Shown here: one piece after another, positions 63,488 to 64,000 of the stretch
How positions within the stretch are numbered: position 1 is the stretch's first letter
Layout: the number at the start of each line of letters is the position of its first letter
From: Smithellaceae bacterium
GTDB lineage: Bacteria; Desulfobacterota; Syntrophia; Syntrophales; Smithellaceae
Length of the DNA: 64,000 nucleotides
Direction: 5' to 3'
NCBI GenBank assembly: GCA_028693285.1
Contig: JAQUVQ010000005.1
Span: 19,160-83,159 of the forward strand
Notes under the pieces: model-generated
The model's input: the letters and a program-made list of their open reading frames with translations, nothing else
Databases searched by the model: none
What the model was told of the DNA's origin: nothing
Made by a program: the position numbers and the translations under genes

Positions 63488-64000
63488 ATGATAAAACCTT
63501 ACATGGGAAAAATCCTCATGGTGGATTTGTCCAGCCGGACCATGACGGAAGAAGAAATCCCCGACCGGGTGTATGAACAGTATCTGTCCGGGATGGGGCT
63601 GGGCGCCTATATCCTCTACCATCGCATGCCGGCCGGCGCCGACCCGCTGGGTCCGGACAATATTCTCGGTTTCTGCTCGGGATTGCTCACGGGAACCGGC
63701 AGCCTGTTTTCCGGCCGCTGGACGCTTGTGGGGAAATCGCCGCTGACCGGGTGCTGGGGCGACGCGAACTGCGGCGGCACCTTTTCTCCGGCCATCAAGC
63801 ATTCCGGCTATGACGCCATTTTCTTCACCGGCATCAGTTCCGGCCCCGTTTATCTGTATGTGAAAAACGGCAAAGCTTCTCTGAAAGACGCGGCCGATCT
63901 CTGGGGGCGGGATGCCGTCGAGACGGAAGAAGCGCTCAAGAAGCAGTACGGCCCCAAAGCCGCCGTGGCCGTCATCGGCCCCGCCGGAGAGAAGCTTTCG
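63488..64000 (+). CDS. aor: Aldehyde:ferredoxin oxidoreductase (tungsten AOR family), N-terminal part; continues past the window
   Basis: Own translation from ATG 63488: MIKPYMGKILMVDLSSRTMTEEEIPDRVYEQYLSGMGLGAYILY...GRWTLVGKSPLTG...GYDAIFFTG. This is the typical AOR N-terminal domain. Confidence 0.85.
   Translation, partial: MIKPYMGKILMVDLSSRTMTEEEIPDRVYEQYLSGMGLGAYILYHRMPAGADPLGPDNILGFCSGLLTGTGSLFSGRWTLVGKSPLTGCWGDANCGGTFSPAIKHSGYDAIFFTGISSGPVYLYVKNGKASLKDAADLWGRDAVETEEALKKQYGPKAAVAVIGPAGEKLS

Noticed and set aside
1-64000. Searched for mobile elements, CRISPR arrays, tRNA/rRNA genes, toxin-antitoxin or known defence-system genes
   Set aside because: I found no transposase, integrase or recombinase-like ORFs and no regularly spaced repeats. 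No cloverleaf-like sequences appear in the intergenic gaps. No nuclease, helicase or methylase gene sets typical of defence islands were seen.

Overview
GC-rich bacterial chromosomal window (roughly 55-60 % GC by eye, not computed). Gene content suggests an anaerobic Desulfobacterota or syntroph-like organism: tungsten-type aldehyde:ferredoxin oxidoreductase, 2-hydroxyacyl-CoA dehydratase plus activase, YgiQ radical SAM, FeoAB. I found no rRNA, tRNA, CRISPR array, transposase, integrase or phage genes.

Left ~36 kb is a mosaic of transport and housekeeping units: an RND efflux operon (MFP-RND-OMF, minus strand); a polar amino-acid ABC transporter; Dus; an APC permease; Pcm; enoyl-CoA hydratase; a ferredoxin-nitroreductase; MFS; a LivKHMGF-type operon; XthA; DUF484; a MoaE-like gene; a dehydratase/activase trio; an M48-DUF2156-FeoA::FeoB operon; cupin; YgiQ; MBL hydrolase; CopZ-CopA; and a low-GC PHP-domain gene.

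Right ~28 kb (36.5 kb to the window edge) is one co-directional block of 26 genes that looks like an uncharacterised acyl-CoA catabolic island. It holds four SCPx-type thiolase-like subunits in two paralogous pairs and four DUF35 (Zn-ribbon/OB) modules, two of them in unusual fusions (SCP2-SCP2-DUF35 and DUF35-BKACE). It also encodes an acyl-CoA ligase, a two-subunit CoA-transferase, a PP2C-like protein, TetR, three acyl-CoA dehydrogenases, a split MaoC hydratase, a canonical thiolase, an SDR, a GXWXG/DUF4334 protein, an OYE/FeS enoyl reductase, an SCP2-like protein, two Fe-ADH paralogs (one without metal ligands) and AOR.

Several near-consensus TTGACA-N17-TATAAx promoters, candidate operators, one clear intrinsic terminator and two G-tract structural motifs are visible in intergenic DNA. 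All functional calls rest on motif and family recognition by eye from the supplied translations. No database search was run.
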